A stretch of 64,000 bases of DNA from the human T2T-CHM13v2.0 reference genome, Homo sapiens, in the NCBI RefSeq assembly GCF_009914755.1, contig NC_060932.1; one strand, written 5' to 3'. The position numbers and the translations under genes are program-made. The notes below the pieces were generated by a model, which saw only the letters and a list, made by a program, of their open reading frames with translations, ran no database searches and was not told where the DNA came from. Positions 41,042-56,212 of the stretch are shown here, piece after piece (the stretch's first letter is position 1; each line of letters starts with the position of its first letter).

Positions 41042-42323
41042 GTAAGTACTCCTGCTGTTTCTTTAGTCCCTGGGACCGTTGGCAGTTTCCTCTCTCCCCT
41101 CCCCCAGCCATCTCTCCATAGCATGTTTGCTTCTAATTCTGAGTTTGATCTTCTGATGATTTTTTTGCATTTCATCAGTCACTTCATGAGTCAGCTTAGC
41201 CTTGCAGTTGTCCATACCTAAGGGAGTGGGGCTTGGCCTTTACACCTTAGGTGCTAGAGCTTGCACTCCCTGGCTTGGCAGGTGTCACGTGGCGCTTTGA
41301 CAATACCAAAAGCTGGCTTGGCCCCAAGATCATCACAGCAGTGGTTTGAGGGACTGTTCTGCTATTTAATATTGGAAATCATTGGCTTTTTTGGTAGCAT
41401 AAAGCTACTGGCTTGGAACAGTTAATAAATTTTACTGAGTCAGCTCAACTTGAGTTTGGTGGCAGAGGGTAGCACTCAGTAAGAAGATTAGGGAAAGAAG
41501 ATCATGAACTAGTGATTATGCACATTCCGGTAACTTATGTGCTTGTCTTTGTATTTTTTCTCACAAAAGAAAAAAAGTTGCAAATAATTTTTTCTCTTTT
41601 TTTGGTCACAGTGGTGTTTTTCCTGGAAATTCTAAGTTTATTAGAACAGAATCTGAATTAGTCCTGTGATCACAAGTTGTGTGCTAATCTACAAATAACA
41701 GATGGTTCAAGCTTCCCCAGTTTCAGGCTTTGTGCAGCGTGTGACATTCATCTTCCATCTTACTACTTAATAGGAATGGTAACAGTTTACTCACATATTT
41801 TTACTTTTATACTTTTTATTGATGACAGTTCTTCTCTGTGAGCACACAAGTCTAACTGGAACTGTTTTATGAGACGTCTATGGCTTTTAGTGCAATAAAG
41901 AATTTTTAAAGAATTTGGTCCAGCGTGATGATTTTTCTAATGAATGTCAAAGCCAAGCGAGTGAGGCTCAGAGGAACTGAATGTCTCCAGCTGCTAAGGC
42001 TCTACTGTCTGCAAAGCTTTTGGTGGCGCGTAATTAAAAACCATAGACATCAGAGTGCTACTGTTTGACAACTCATAGAAGCAAGCTGAGGGGGTCTTTT
42101 CAGAGAATGAGCCCCGCTTGTAGGTCTTTGCTTACCCCGTCTCTCTGGAGAAAACTCAGAGGCATAAAAGGTGTCCCTGCCTCTCTCCTGCGGCGATGTA
42201 TGATTTGTGTGGTGCTGTATGCTTTGGCTTCTATCCGCACACACTGCTGTCTGCTCCATTTCATACCTTGACAATTGTCAGTGTGATTGCAAACTGGCTT
42301 GTTTGTGTTTCTTCTCTTTCCAG

Positions 42324-42384
42324 GAGTGGCTGTAAGGTGAAGAAGCATGAAACTCAGTCTCTCGCCCTGGATGCATGTTCTCGG
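42324..42384 (+). CDS. TACC1: TACC1 coding exon 4 (61 nt; SGCKVKK...DACSR)
   Basis: ttcttctctttccag acceptor, CGG|gtgagt donor; phase 2 in, 0 out. Confidence 0.96.
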
Positions 42385-44183
42385 GTGAGTCTGTGCCCAT
42401 CTCCAGAATGTCTCTGAGACCAGGGGTCCTCCAGTGGGAGTTTGCATCCCCCTGGCGGGTGGTTCAAAAGGACTTTCCAATGGGTACCTGAGTACTCAGC
42501 TTTAAGAAGCCAATTTCCAGATCCTTACTGTCCCTGAAGAGAAGGCCCCTGAAGACAAGGGAACCCTTTCACAATGACTCTTTTTTTTTTTTGGTAAAAT
42601 TCCCACTTTAAATGCTACAAAGATGCATCACCACAGGGTGTGAAAGTCTCCAGGGCACCGAAGGGAAGATCTGAAATACTGGTGTAGGTTCTAATAAGAT
42701 AATTGACTCTAATAACTGGATGGTATTTTTCTTAAGTCAGATGGTTTTCTAATTCATTGCTTTCAACAATAGAGGAAAACCTGAGTTGTCAGCTGATAGG
42801 TCTAAAAATAATGTTTGATGGTAGATTTTTTTGGGCACATAACTTGGAAAGGGGTTCAAAGAATTGAAAGGCACTTATGTTACAGAACTACTTTCTGTTT
42901 CATCTATTGTTTATATAAATAAGGTTTCTTAATGATTATATTGATAAAAATAGAAACCAGGAATAAAATTGATGTTGACCTTTGTTACATTCTAGCAATA
43001 AATAATATCCATCCATGACCGTATAAACTAATTGCAAAACAAAGCGAAGCCCAGGCCCATCTGATTGCAATGAGATCCTTTTGTTCTTTTTAAAACTTTC
43101 TCAGTATACTTATTACAGAAATACATTCATTGGTTAATAGAGTTCAATTTAACATAACTTTTCCTCTACAATTTGGATCAGAAACTTGGTATATGGTGTA
43201 AGATGTAAAAAAGGGGTGTGATGGGGGAAATTTGCAATCTGAGTTATTTTTCATCTGTTAACAAATGTGTAACATTCTCCCTCAGATTTTGCTAAAGTAG
43301 GCAGCAAGAACTATGAGAAATTTATCTTTGGTTTTCTTTAAAAAACAAAAACAAAAACCCAAAACCCATATATTTAGTGCACTGTAAAAGTTTTTAAGAA
43401 TTAGTGCAATAAAACATTTTGTAATTGATATAACAACTTACTTTTGTGTCTGATAATACTTATCAAAACTTGCAATATTTTGAAAATAAGTTGTGCATTA
43501 ATAAATGTGATAAGTCTCCAGCAGAAAAAATTTTAAGACTTAAAGAAAAAAGTTTCACAGAGACATTGGATAGAGACTTTTAAAAAGACTTTCAACCATG
43601 CAGATGTTTTTCATTTGGATAGTTTCTTGATGGAAGTGGGATGGAAATACAGATTTAGAGAGGAAAAGGAATAACATAAATTTCTGACTTATTCAGGAAC
43701 TTGTTCATTTAAATTTACATATGGTATCAAATCACTAAGGTAACTAGATAGCATTAAGTAAATTCAATATTTAGAATATTCCAGATATTACATTCTTTGC
43801 AATTATTTAAACTTATGCCAAAAAGTTTTTAGATGTCACTTGAAAATGCAATGGGGGACATAGATTTTCAAAAAAAAATTAGGTATATGAGCAAAAAAAT
43901 TGAAAACCATTGTCTTAAACCACTTAAACTGCTTGCTTATAAACTTAACCTAGAGAAGATCATTTTTTAAAACCTCAGACTCAAGTTACAGAAACTAGGT
44001 TCTATAAAACAGCATCTCACAATTGAAAGACTCCAACTTCCTCCTTGCTTTGTACCCAGGTCTGTGGTTAACCTCTCACATATCTGTATGGAGTTGTGTC
44101 TACTTTGTTCCATTCATGGGATGTCACTTTTCCCCATTGCTTGCCCTCCTAAAGGGTAGCATCTTCTCTGTTGTGTTTCTCAG

Positions 44184-44391
44184 GATGAAGGGGCAGTGAT
44201 CTCCCAGATTTCAGACATTTCTAATAGGGATGGCCATGCTACTGATGAGGAGAAACTGGCATCCACGTCATGTGGTCAGAAATCAGCTGGTGCCGAGGTG
44301 AAAGGTGAGCCAGAGGAAGACCTGGAGTACTTTGAATGTTCCAATGTTCCCGTGTCTACCATAAATCATGCGTTTTCATCCTCAGAAGCAG
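44184..44391 (+). CDS. TACC1: TACC1 coding exon 5 (208 nt; HATDEEKLA motif at 44235-44261)
   Basis: gtttctcag acceptor, CAG|gtatgg donor; phase 0 in, 1 out. Confidence 0.96.
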
Positions 44392-44687
44392 GTATGGAAG
44401 CATATCTTCATCTTTCTAATGTACATAAGCATGGAAATGCCTGAAAGCCTAATAAAGCAGGAGGAGCCTTACAGAGATTAAAGAATTGGGTCACTTGAAG
44501 GATAGATTTAGGATGCTGACCTATGCTTTGCTTCTTTACCTGGAAAAGGGACACAAAGTGCTTATTGAAGTACTAGGAACGTAGAGATACTTGTGACAAG
44601 TTGTATAGGAGATGCTGATGTATGTGAGACTGCTTGAATTTCTTTATAATTTTATGTGAATATGGCCATATCTTAAAGTATAGTGGT

Positions 44688-45097
44688 GTGTTAGTTCATT
44701 TGCGTTGCTGTAAAGGAATACCTGAGAATGGCTAATTTATAGGAAAAAGAGGTTTATTTGGTTCATGGTTCTGCAGACTGTAGAATAAGCATGGCGCCAG
44801 TGCCTGCTTCTGGTGAGGGACTCAGGAAGCTTCCAATCATGGTGGAAGGCAAGGGGGAGCAAGTGTGTCACATGGCGAGAGGTGGGAGGAAGAGGGGGCG
44901 GGGAGGATGCCAGGCTATTTTTAACAAAGATTTCACAGAAACTAACAGCAAGAAGTCGCTCATTACCACAAGGAGGGCACCAAGCTATTCATGAGGGATC
45001 CGCTCCTATGACCCAGCCACCTCCCATTAGGCCTCACTTCCAACTGTTGATCAGGTTTCAACATGAGATTTAGGGGGCAAATATTTAAACTATATCA
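44688..45097 (-). mobile_element. MST (MaLR) solo LTR
   Basis: tgtgttagttcatttgcgttgctgtaaaggaatacctgag...aactatatca. Confidence 0.8.
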
Positions 45098-45326
45098 AAT
45101 GGCCTATAAATATGTCATATGTTTGACTTTTTTGTGATTGTTATACTCATTGTTTAACTTAGAGAAATAACAACTGACATGTATGGTGCCTTACCATGTA
45201 CAGGCATTGTTTTAAGTGCTTTGCATATACTCATTCATAGCAAGGTGTTACCCTTTTCTCACTTCTTCAGAGAAACAAAGTAAGTCAAAGAAGTTAAGTG
45301 ACTTGATTAAAGTCACTTGGCTAGGG

Positions 45327-45820
45327 TAGGACAGAAAAGTGGTATCTTTTTCCTCACCACAAGGTTCATGGCTGAGACATCTCTAACAAAAGATCAACAA
45401 GAGAAAAGTGTACAAATATATTTAATATAAGTTTTACATGACATTAGAGCCTCCAGAAATGAAGACCCAAAGGAACAGGGAAAACTGTACTTTTATAGAT
45501 AGTTGTGCAGAAGTATAATTGGAGGACAGAAGGGTGTGATCTATGGTAATAAACCAGGGGAACTTAGCAAGTCCTGTTTGTTCCAATTCCTCTTGGTGTC
45601 TGTGTCTTTCAGGATAAGGACATTGTTTTTCTCTGTGTACAGGGAGGACCCCTCTTGTAATGAGGTCTTATGAACTATTTTCAGGGGAAGGTCTGAGGGG
45701 TTGCTTTATGGCCTGCTTCAGGAAAGGGGGCAGGAGAGGGGCCGAGAGACCTCCCTGCTTCTGCTGTGTCCTCAAATGCGAAGGCACCATATTTTGGTGA
45801 AGTGTGTTCTGAACCTCATC
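45327..45820 (-). mobile_element. MER31-like ERV1 solo LTR inside a MIR (~45165-45870)
   Basis: ccatattttgg...tctgaacctcatca terminus; MIR core resumes on both sides. Confidence 0.6.
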
Positions 45821-47280
45821 ATTAGTAAATGGTAGAACTACATTTGACTCTAAGCAGTCTGGTTCCATGGTCTTTTCGCCACAATGCCAAAGTATGAAGA
45901 GATTATTTTCATGATACTAGGCTACTGTAAATTTTCCTGGTACAGATGTGGTAAGTTGAGATTGACCAGTGCACTGTAAAATCTTTCTTAACATGCCAAT
46001 GAGGAACCTGGGCTAACCAGGGTGGAAGCCTCTTATTGATGGACTCATCAGATCATTCTAGAGCTAAGCCCCTCTTTCTTGGGACCCCAGTTACATCCTT
46101 GGCCTTAAACTTTACTTATGAAAAGTTTAGAACCATGTTCCTGACTACATTAAACATTATTAAAAACTCAGATCTTCTTAACATAATTTTATTCATGGGC
46201 TTTTATGTATAGAATTTTAAAAGTCATGATCTGCCATTAAGCCAGGGAAGCAGATGGAAAGTCAGGACTTGGAGCAATTTATTCCCCCTGGCCTCCTTCT
46301 CATCCCAGGCCTCAGTCTCTCATCTATAAAATAATATGCCAGGCATTGTTCCTGATTTCTTCCAATACTGTCTTCTGCCCTGACATCTTTCCCAAAGATA
46401 TTGTTCACCATTCCCCCAGTTTCTTGGGGTTAATCCTGAGTATTCTTAACACCTGCCTTGGTTTTTTTCCATCTGAAGTGTCTTCCTTTGCTGCCTCTTA
46501 CACAGATCTGCACATCCCTTCAGGTCTCTCCAGCATGCTTTTGCTCCCACATTTCCTTTCCCCCTTCCTGTTCCACAGTACCTAGCGCAGTGTGTTAATT
46601 ACAGGAAGGTAATATTATAAACTTACTGAGGTTAGAGACTACCACTCATCTTTGAGTCACCTTTGACACAGTACATGGTAAACATTTATTGAATTATATT
46701 CTTCCTCACTAGAGGAAATTCCTTCAACAAAAATTTATGTAGAGAGCTGGGGCCCTGTACATACAGTGCTGTCTTCAAAGTTAGCAAACAGCAAGGGGAA
46801 CATATTTAAACAAGTGGTTACATTGTAACTGATCAGCCGCATCACAAGCAAGTGGAGGCTGCGGTCCTGGGTGTGGGAATGGCTACAGGCCCTGTTAGGT
46901 GAATCCTGACTGTGTCCTGGTGAGTGTCCCCTTGAAGCTGGGTCCTGATGGATACTTACTAGATGTTCTCCAGGAAATGAGATTTTCACACAGCCATGGG
47001 AAGAAAGCTGCCACGTTGGTAAAAGGCCTGGTTGCTTTCTGTAAGTATCTGGCCAAGTGGGAAACAAGGTCATACCGTGGAATCTGGGCTTGATCCTATA
47101 GGTAGGGAGGGGGAGGTTGAAGGTTTTTGAATAAGGGAGTGATGGTCACATTTGTGTTTTAAATAATTAGCTATTGACAACAATAGTAGTTAGTGATTGC
47201 CATGTGGAGGATTGTAACTTTAAACTTTTGTATGCTTTTCTGTATTTTTATGTTTACTTTAATGAGTGCATCTTCTGGTT

Positions 47281-47582
<302 letters not shown>

Positions 47583-48135
47583 ATCTTCTGGTTATTTTAA
47601 ATGTCATCCTCTACCCTAGTAGAGTAGAGGATAGACCTGAGACAAGCCCATTTGAAGGGGTGGAGGGGAGAATGAGTTTAGTTTCGCTGCCTTGAATTTT
47701 AAAGCTTATTATCTTATCTGCTGCATTAATTAGATCAAGGCCACCCTTCTGGGCTGGAATTTAAATTCACTCCGACTTGATGATTAAAAAAAGCATTCAG
47801 TGTTACACAGTGTCCCCTTTCTGAAATAATGCCACAGTTAGTACGACACATTTTTCCAAACTTTTAATGGACACAAGGGGGCAGCCTTGCTGTTCTTTCA
47901 GCCTGAAGGCTGACGACCTGTTTGTGGCTGACTAACCATGTGCTCCTCTTCTGAATGTCATGGACTTATAACAGCACTCAACAAAATGCCAGCGCTCCTT
48001 TTAAATAAAATCTTAAAATGCTTTTCATGTGTTCATAAGTCATTCTCGCCTGCACTGGGGTTTCCAAGAGCCTTTCACTAGGGAGGAAAGGAACCGACTT
48101 CTTGGGATAACTATAAAAATGACTTTCTGTCTTAG

Positions 48136-48188
48136 GCATAGAGAAGGAGACGTGCCAGAAGATGGAAGAAGACGGGTCCACTGTGCTT
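48136..48188 (+). CDS. TACC1: TACC1 coding exon 6 (53 nt; IEKETCQKMEEDGSTVL)
   Basis: tttctgtcttag acceptor, CTT|gtaagt donor; phase 1 in, 0 out. Confidence 0.95.
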
Positions 48189-48485
48189 GTAAGTTCCTGA
48201 ATGTGGAGGGCCGGGTGGACTCAGGTTTCTTTCAGTATTTGTTTTGAAGCCCATGTGAATTTGTTAAATTCTGGTCAGTGTTAGGTGATGAGGATAAAAT
48301 GTAAATGAGATAGTTTCTTCACTTGAGGAACACATAGTCTCTGCATTGTAACCCTAGCCGCAGGTAGCTGTGGAGCACTTGAACTGTAGCTACTCAGAAA
48401 AAGAAGAAGCATAAATGTCTCAACTTTTTATATTAACTACATGTTGAGATGATAATATTTTGGATGTCTTGGGTTAACTAAGGTT

Positions 48486-49117
<632 letters not shown>

Positions 49118-49253
49118 CATTTACTCAGTTCTTAAACTTTAAACTTCCTAATTCCCAACTGATTCATCCATAAAATGAGTAGCACCCATCTGCCTTATCA
49201 AAGTGGTTGTAAGGATAAGATGAAATGACAACGTGAAAGATTTAAGCTGTAAA

Positions 49254-49310
49254 GTGCTAGAATACACTAGTGTGCTAGAATACACTGTTGTGTTAGAATA
49301 CACTGGTGTG
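49254..49310. repeat. 18-bp x3 tandem repeat (gtgctagaatacact core)
   Basis: Units start at 49254, 49272 and 49290. Confidence 0.85.
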
Positions 49311-50146
49311 GTGTTGATAGGAAACACGTGGAAAAGAGAGTGGAAAGGAAGAGAGTGAAAAAGAAAAATGGCAAACACTGTCTCTGAAGCCAGCTGGTGA
49401 GGAACATATCATATGCTGTGACCTTTTAAAAGCAACTCCTTTTGAACTTCCCAACATAAATTAATTTCTGCTTCCTTAGAACATTGAATAAACATTGTAT
49501 AAAGAAATTTCACCATGCAAAACATTGAATGAAAAAATCATCTATTTAATCCATCATTCACTTTTTAAGTTTATCTGTGTTGCTCTGAAGTCCATTCTTA
49601 TGTGGTCTTGTGCCCAGCAGTAGGTGGTGGCTGGACTAAGGCCAGAGTACAATCAGTGGTAGGAGTCAGTCTCTCCTTGCTTTTCAGCTGTTGTTCCACA
49701 GCATTTTTCACGTAAGAAGTTAACTTTTCTTTTTAAGTTTTAAATGTTTTAAAAGGTGAGTTCATTTGGCTTTTTTGGGCACGTCTCTGTTAGAGTACGG
49801 CAGGGGCTGATACTGCTCTCTTGTGATTGAGGACAAATGAGCACAGTCAGCACACTGCCACAGATTAGTGATGCGAATTCTCCACAGCCACGGGAATCAG
49901 TGGCATCTGTGCTCACTGTAAATTTGCAACCGGGAGTCCATTGAGTTCTATTGTCTATAGACTGGTCTTTGTTGGTCCTCAATTGTGAATGTTTTGAGGG
50001 ACTGGGAGAAGCACTGGCAAACATGAAATAAAGCCCTTTTGGAAGGATATGATTGATTGATTTAGCGTCTTCATTAAAGACATATTAGATGGCCCAGGCC
50101 TAAAACAGATCTTCTGGCCAATTCTCTGTGATGGTAGATTCTATAA

Positions 50147-50346
50147 CAAGCTTGTCCAACTTGCTTAATTTTGTTGTTGTTGTTCTGATTGGTTTTGTTT
50201 TAGGCTTTTAGCAGCCTGAAGCCATAGTTTTTAGTTTCTGTCTCTAGTGATAAGCGGAAAAGAGGGATGAGGAAGGGGCTTTACTGCCCCAACCAGAAAC
50301 AGAAACTAAGAACCCATGACTGCATTCTCTCCCTTGGACACCCCTG
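50147..50346 (-). mobile_element. MER107-like short hAT element
   Basis: Imperfect TIRs CAAGCTTGTCCAA / TTGGACACCCCTG, ~200 bp; name from memory. Confidence 0.7.
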
Positions 50347-51034
50347 TGAAATGTTCTGCACTTTTTGATAAGCAACTTAAAGGACTAAGGAATGTAAAAA
50401 GTTAAATCCTAGGAGACTGGAAAAGATGGCTAAAGTAGGCAAGGGCATACATTCCTGCCCTGACACCTGTAAGAGTTGTTGCATTTTGAGTAGTGAGGTT
50501 TGTAAATGTGGCCAGGCAGAGAGGAGAGTGGCTGGGGAGAGTCGGCAGGCTGAAGAGCCCACTCACCTGGAGACATTAAACACCATCTAAGGTTTGATCT
50601 CCTACCGCCTGCTCAGGATGCTGCCTCTTCCGGACCCCACATGTGTTAGCATTGAGTTGTTAAGCAGGCAGACTGAATTCATTTACCCTCTCAACAAATG
50701 AATGAGATGCTGAACTCTGTAATGGATGTTGATGTTTTCCTGGCTATGAAGATTTTTAGGGGGCGTATTTCCCATATTCTCACGAACTTGGTAGCCATGG
50801 AAAGCACTGAGAGTCTGTTTCCTAAAGTTGACTTAACCTGGGGACTCTGGCTTAAACTAAGAACTCAGAAGAGACTGACCCATGAAATGTTGTTAATTTA
50901 GAATCAGAAGTTTAACAGTGAGGTGAATCAAGTCTCAACTTGACCTCCTGTATTACCTCCCTTTAGGCAAGTAAAAGTTTCTTGATAAGAAACAAGGCAC
51001 AGGAAGTTAGTGAGATGATTCAAATGTCCAGGGG

Positions 51035-51508
51035 TGTATCAGCTATCTGCTGCTGTGTAACACATTACTCCAACACTTAAAGCAAGTGTTTATTATCTCA
51101 TTGTTTCTGTGCGTCAGGAATCTTGGGCAGCTTTGCTGGGTGCCTCTGACTCAGAATCTGTTACAGGCTGTGCAATCCAGGTGTTGATCAGGGCTGCAGT
51201 CATATCCAGGCTTGACTTGGGGAGGATCTGCTTCCAAGCTCACTCATGTGGTTGTTGGCAAGTCTCGGGTCCCCACTGGCTATTGGCAGAGACATCGGCT
51301 CCTTGCCACGTGGGCCTTTCCCTGTAGCTTCTCAAAACATGGAAGTCAGAGTTTGTTCAGAACCTAACCTCAGAAGTGACATCCATGACGTTTGCCATAT
51401 TCTAATGAGTCACTAGGTCCAGCCTACACTCAAAGGGAAGAGATTACAGAGGGAGGGGATTAGTACTGGAGGTAGGGGTTACTGGGGGGCATTTTAGAGG
51501 CTGCCCAC
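51035..51508 (-). mobile_element. MLT1 (MaLR) solo LTR
   Basis: tgtatcagctatctgctgctgtgtaaca...ttttagaggctgcc. Confidence 0.7.
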
Positions 51509-51982
51509 TGCAAGTGCCTTCTGGTTCTAGTGGTAGATTTTTCCCAAGAGAGAAAAGAGAGGTTTTGTGGGTACCTTGGACTTCTGTTGGCATGGTGGGC
51601 TGCCCTCCCCCAAATGCTGCTGGAACATGGGCACTGCCAGCTTGTGGCTTTTGTATTTTGCTTTTCTGTGGCCTGAGACAGGTTTCTATTTTGGGCCCAT
51701 GGCTGAGGTCTGTGAAGCTGCATGCTAAAATTCTGTTTCTGAGCATTTTCTAGAGAGAGGATAAAACTATAATGACTCTGAAAAATTTAAAAGCCACTCA
51801 TCTACGTTCACCTTGGACTTTCTGTTTAGTGTTGATTCACACAAGATGTAACTGATTGATTATAATCAGTAACTAATTGATTAGTTATCCCACATTTAAG
51901 ATTAAGATTATTCCAGGTCACTTTGGCATTTTGGATGTTCCCAAAGTATTAGATGACTCATTTATATAAAAAGTTTACTTCT

Positions 51983-52323
<341 letters not shown>

Positions 52324-53172
52324 TTAGGAAGGAAAATAGTACAAAGTCCATGTTCTCATGAAAAGAAAAGTTTGCCAGTGTTTTGCTCTGGAACCTGAGC
52401 TTATGAAAGAAGCTCCTCAGAGCTTCTGAGCCAGCACCTCAGAGGGCGAAGTGCTGCCAGAAGGGAGTGGAAAACTTAGTAGCAAGGAAGAACCAACACA
52501 CAGGCATGGTCCTTGACTTATGTATGGCCATTTTGCATATGGGCAACAATGGCACACACCCAGCAGGCTGGGTTACAGCAGGAGGTCGCTGCGGAGCAGC
52601 GGAAGTTCAGGATGATCCTGAATCATCTGGGTGAAAGGGTGGGGGTGAGAGTTCAGAGTTCAAATATATTTGCTATTTCTGCCTTCTTAGGCCTGAAAGT
52701 TAGTATTTTAGAAACATTTCCATCTGCAGTGGCTAAAGATACATACAAAGCATCGATATGTAACAGGAGCAGCTGTCACTTGTTTTTGTTTTTGCTTTTT
52801 TAAAAAAGAAATTCCCATTTACATGGAGCTTATCCCCAGAAACTTAATCATGGGTGTGTTTCTCTTTTATCCATGTGGTTCTTTGGTGACTGACCGCTAT
52901 TATAAGTACACTTTCTCCCTTTTAGATCAGAATAAAATTCTCTAGGTTATCTGCTCAACAGAAGCTAAGACCACTCTGATAGTCATTATAACAGTTTTTC
53001 TTTAGTTACTTCCATAATTAGATTTGTTTTTTAAAAAGCTTCCCCCCGCTGACTTTTCTTTAAACATGGTTTTAAAGGATGTGATCAATTTAGTAATGAG
53101 GAAGTTGTTGAAGGATGTCTGGGGTTAAGAAGCTGAAAGCTGACAGATTCAGTGTAATCCCTTTCCCCACAG

Positions 53173-53298
53173 GGGCTGCTGGAGTCCTCTGCAGAGAAGG
53201 CCCCTGTGTCGGTGTCCTGTGGAGGTGAGAGCCCCCTGGATGGGATCTGCCTCAGCGAATCAGACAAGACAGCCGTGCTCACCTTAATAAGAGAAGAG
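53173..53298 (+). CDS. TACC1: TACC1 coding exon 7 (126 nt; GLLESSAEK...LIREE), start of TACC coiled coil
   Basis: ctttccccacag acceptor, GAG|gtaaaa donor; phase 0-0. Confidence 0.96.
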
Positions 53299-54079
53299 GT
53301 AAAAGCTCTCCTGTTTAGTCTGCTTATCACTCCATTTCTTTGTAAGGCCCATGTACCAGCAGGTAGATTGCATCTCTGCTGGCTCAAGTTATCACAGGCT
53401 GGAAGTTCTTATTACCTGCAGCTTGTTTAGGTCGTAAAAGGGCCCCCTGTGGCAGTGGTGCTGGAGTCCTGACATTCTGGTCTCCAGGGTAAAATGTTGA
53501 CAATCTGAAATATTCTTAAGAATTTTGTACCCTTCTTTATCTTTCAGCCCTGACATTTAAAATACCTAATTTTGCCAGCTTTGCTCCCATGTGTAACTAA
53601 ATCAGTGCTTTTATTTTACAGAGGATATATGCTAATGCCTAAAAACATTTGTAATTTTTTTGCAGTAATACACAGTTGTTTCCTACTTTCATCCATTCTT
53701 TAAACCGTTCAACTCTCCGATTCCTGTATTGTGTTTCTTGAACAGCCTTTGTTCAAAATAGATCACTGCTAGGCCTTTCCTGGTTATCTGAAAAATACGA
53801 AAGACACTGTTGTGTACCATTAATAAGTTGCCCACCCTCTCCTGTCATATATCTATGCTGTATTTTGTGTGTTTGGTTTGTGTGTTTCTTGACAATTCCA
53901 CCTGTTCTTAAAGGAAGGTGTGGCAATTTTATTTTTATAGTTTTTAGTTTTATAGTTTTTTTTAGTTTTAATTTTTATAGTATGCTGAAAGTGGTTAAGC
54001 ACCTCAGCTGTAGGTCTTTTACAGCTTTCTAAAATAGCATCAAGTTGGTAATGAGGGATGTCAGCTAGTCCTGTTTTCA

Positions 54080-54602
<523 letters not shown>

Positions 54603-55481
54603 AAAATCTTGTAAATGAGAAAAATGACTTGATGTTTTTCCTGGGAGTTAAACTATGAGATCACCACCTAATGGATCAAAGTAAAGAGGTGCCTGATTAC
54701 CTGAAGCACACAGGATACATCCTTCTATGTTCTTGAGATCCTAATAAATATAATGAAACTACCAATTAGGAAGAGAGCGGCACGGCCAGGGAAGTACAGT
54801 AAGAGGCTGCCCATGCAAGCCCAGCCCAGGGCAAATAGAGTTTGAGGCAATGAATTTAGAGTATTTCCTTCCAGTTAGCAAGAGCATCCCAAATATGAGC
54901 CTAGGTTCCAGGCTAACTAGCAAGACTCTACCCATAAGTGACGGATGCTATAGCTAGATGTAGCCAGCTCATCTGAGCCCCCTCCTTCTGACTCCATTTC
55001 TATGAAGCTGTCAGAAATCTCTATAGAAAGAGAATGTGTTGCTCATGCCAACTTCCAGTGGTCTGACTTTGTGGCAGTTTCACTCTGGTGGCCTGGCATC
55101 AGCCGTGATTACATGGCCTTAGTTAAGAGTGAATACCTGCCAATCAGATGGCTCTGTTCTTGGTGTCTGTCCCAGTCAGGGCCTGGCCCTGCAGAGCTGA
55201 GAGCTAGACCCTGGACCAAGGTAAAGTTCACAGAGGCTGTAAATACTACTTGGGATTTCTGAGAGATGTTCTACTCATCTTTATTCCCGTGTCTGCATCC
55301 CAGCATTCAGTGTGGCTTAGAATACACTTTTCCAAATGGTTACAAACATTTAATATTGAAGTTTATATTTCTAATATAGATTGAACATCTTGGGTTAGAC
55401 CTGGTTGTGTGCTATTTCAGTTCCCAGTCTTAAATGCAAATTGTAATAGATTGGGTAAAACTAAGCTTTATTGTACTCTAG

Positions 55482-55558
55482 ATAATTACTAAAGAGATTG
55501 AAGCAAATGAATGGAAGAAGAAATACGAAGAGACCCGGCAAGAAGTTTTGGAGATGAG
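55482..55558 (+). CDS. TACC1: TACC1 coding exon 8 (77 nt; IITKEIEANEW...VLEM)
   Basis: gtactctag acceptor, GAG|gttaga donor; missing from the ORF track, found by frame continuity. Confidence 0.94.
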
Positions 55559-55873
55559 GTTAGACTGGAGGTTTTGGGGAGGGGCTGGATACTTTTATGC
55601 ACTGTTAGATTTGATACAGATGAAGTGATGACAGTGTTTGCTTGCCACAGAACCAAGTGTTGAGAGCTTGAGGGCTTTGCTGTTTGCACCTTGCTTTGTG
55701 ATTGAGAATGTTATTTCAGGAGTTATTGCTAACCAGTTATTATATTCAAATACTGTAGTTTATCTTGGGTTGTTCAGAACATATAACATGTAAACAGAAC
55801 CCACATAATTCTTATCTTCTTAGAACTGACAGAAATTTGTATCAAAATATCCATTTGGAATACAGAAAAATAA

Positions 55874-56212
<339 letters not shown>

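Noticed and set aside
49254-49310. 18-bp repeats as a CRISPR-like array
   Set aside because: Directly tandem with no unique spacers, in a mammalian intron; simple slippage at a MIR end.
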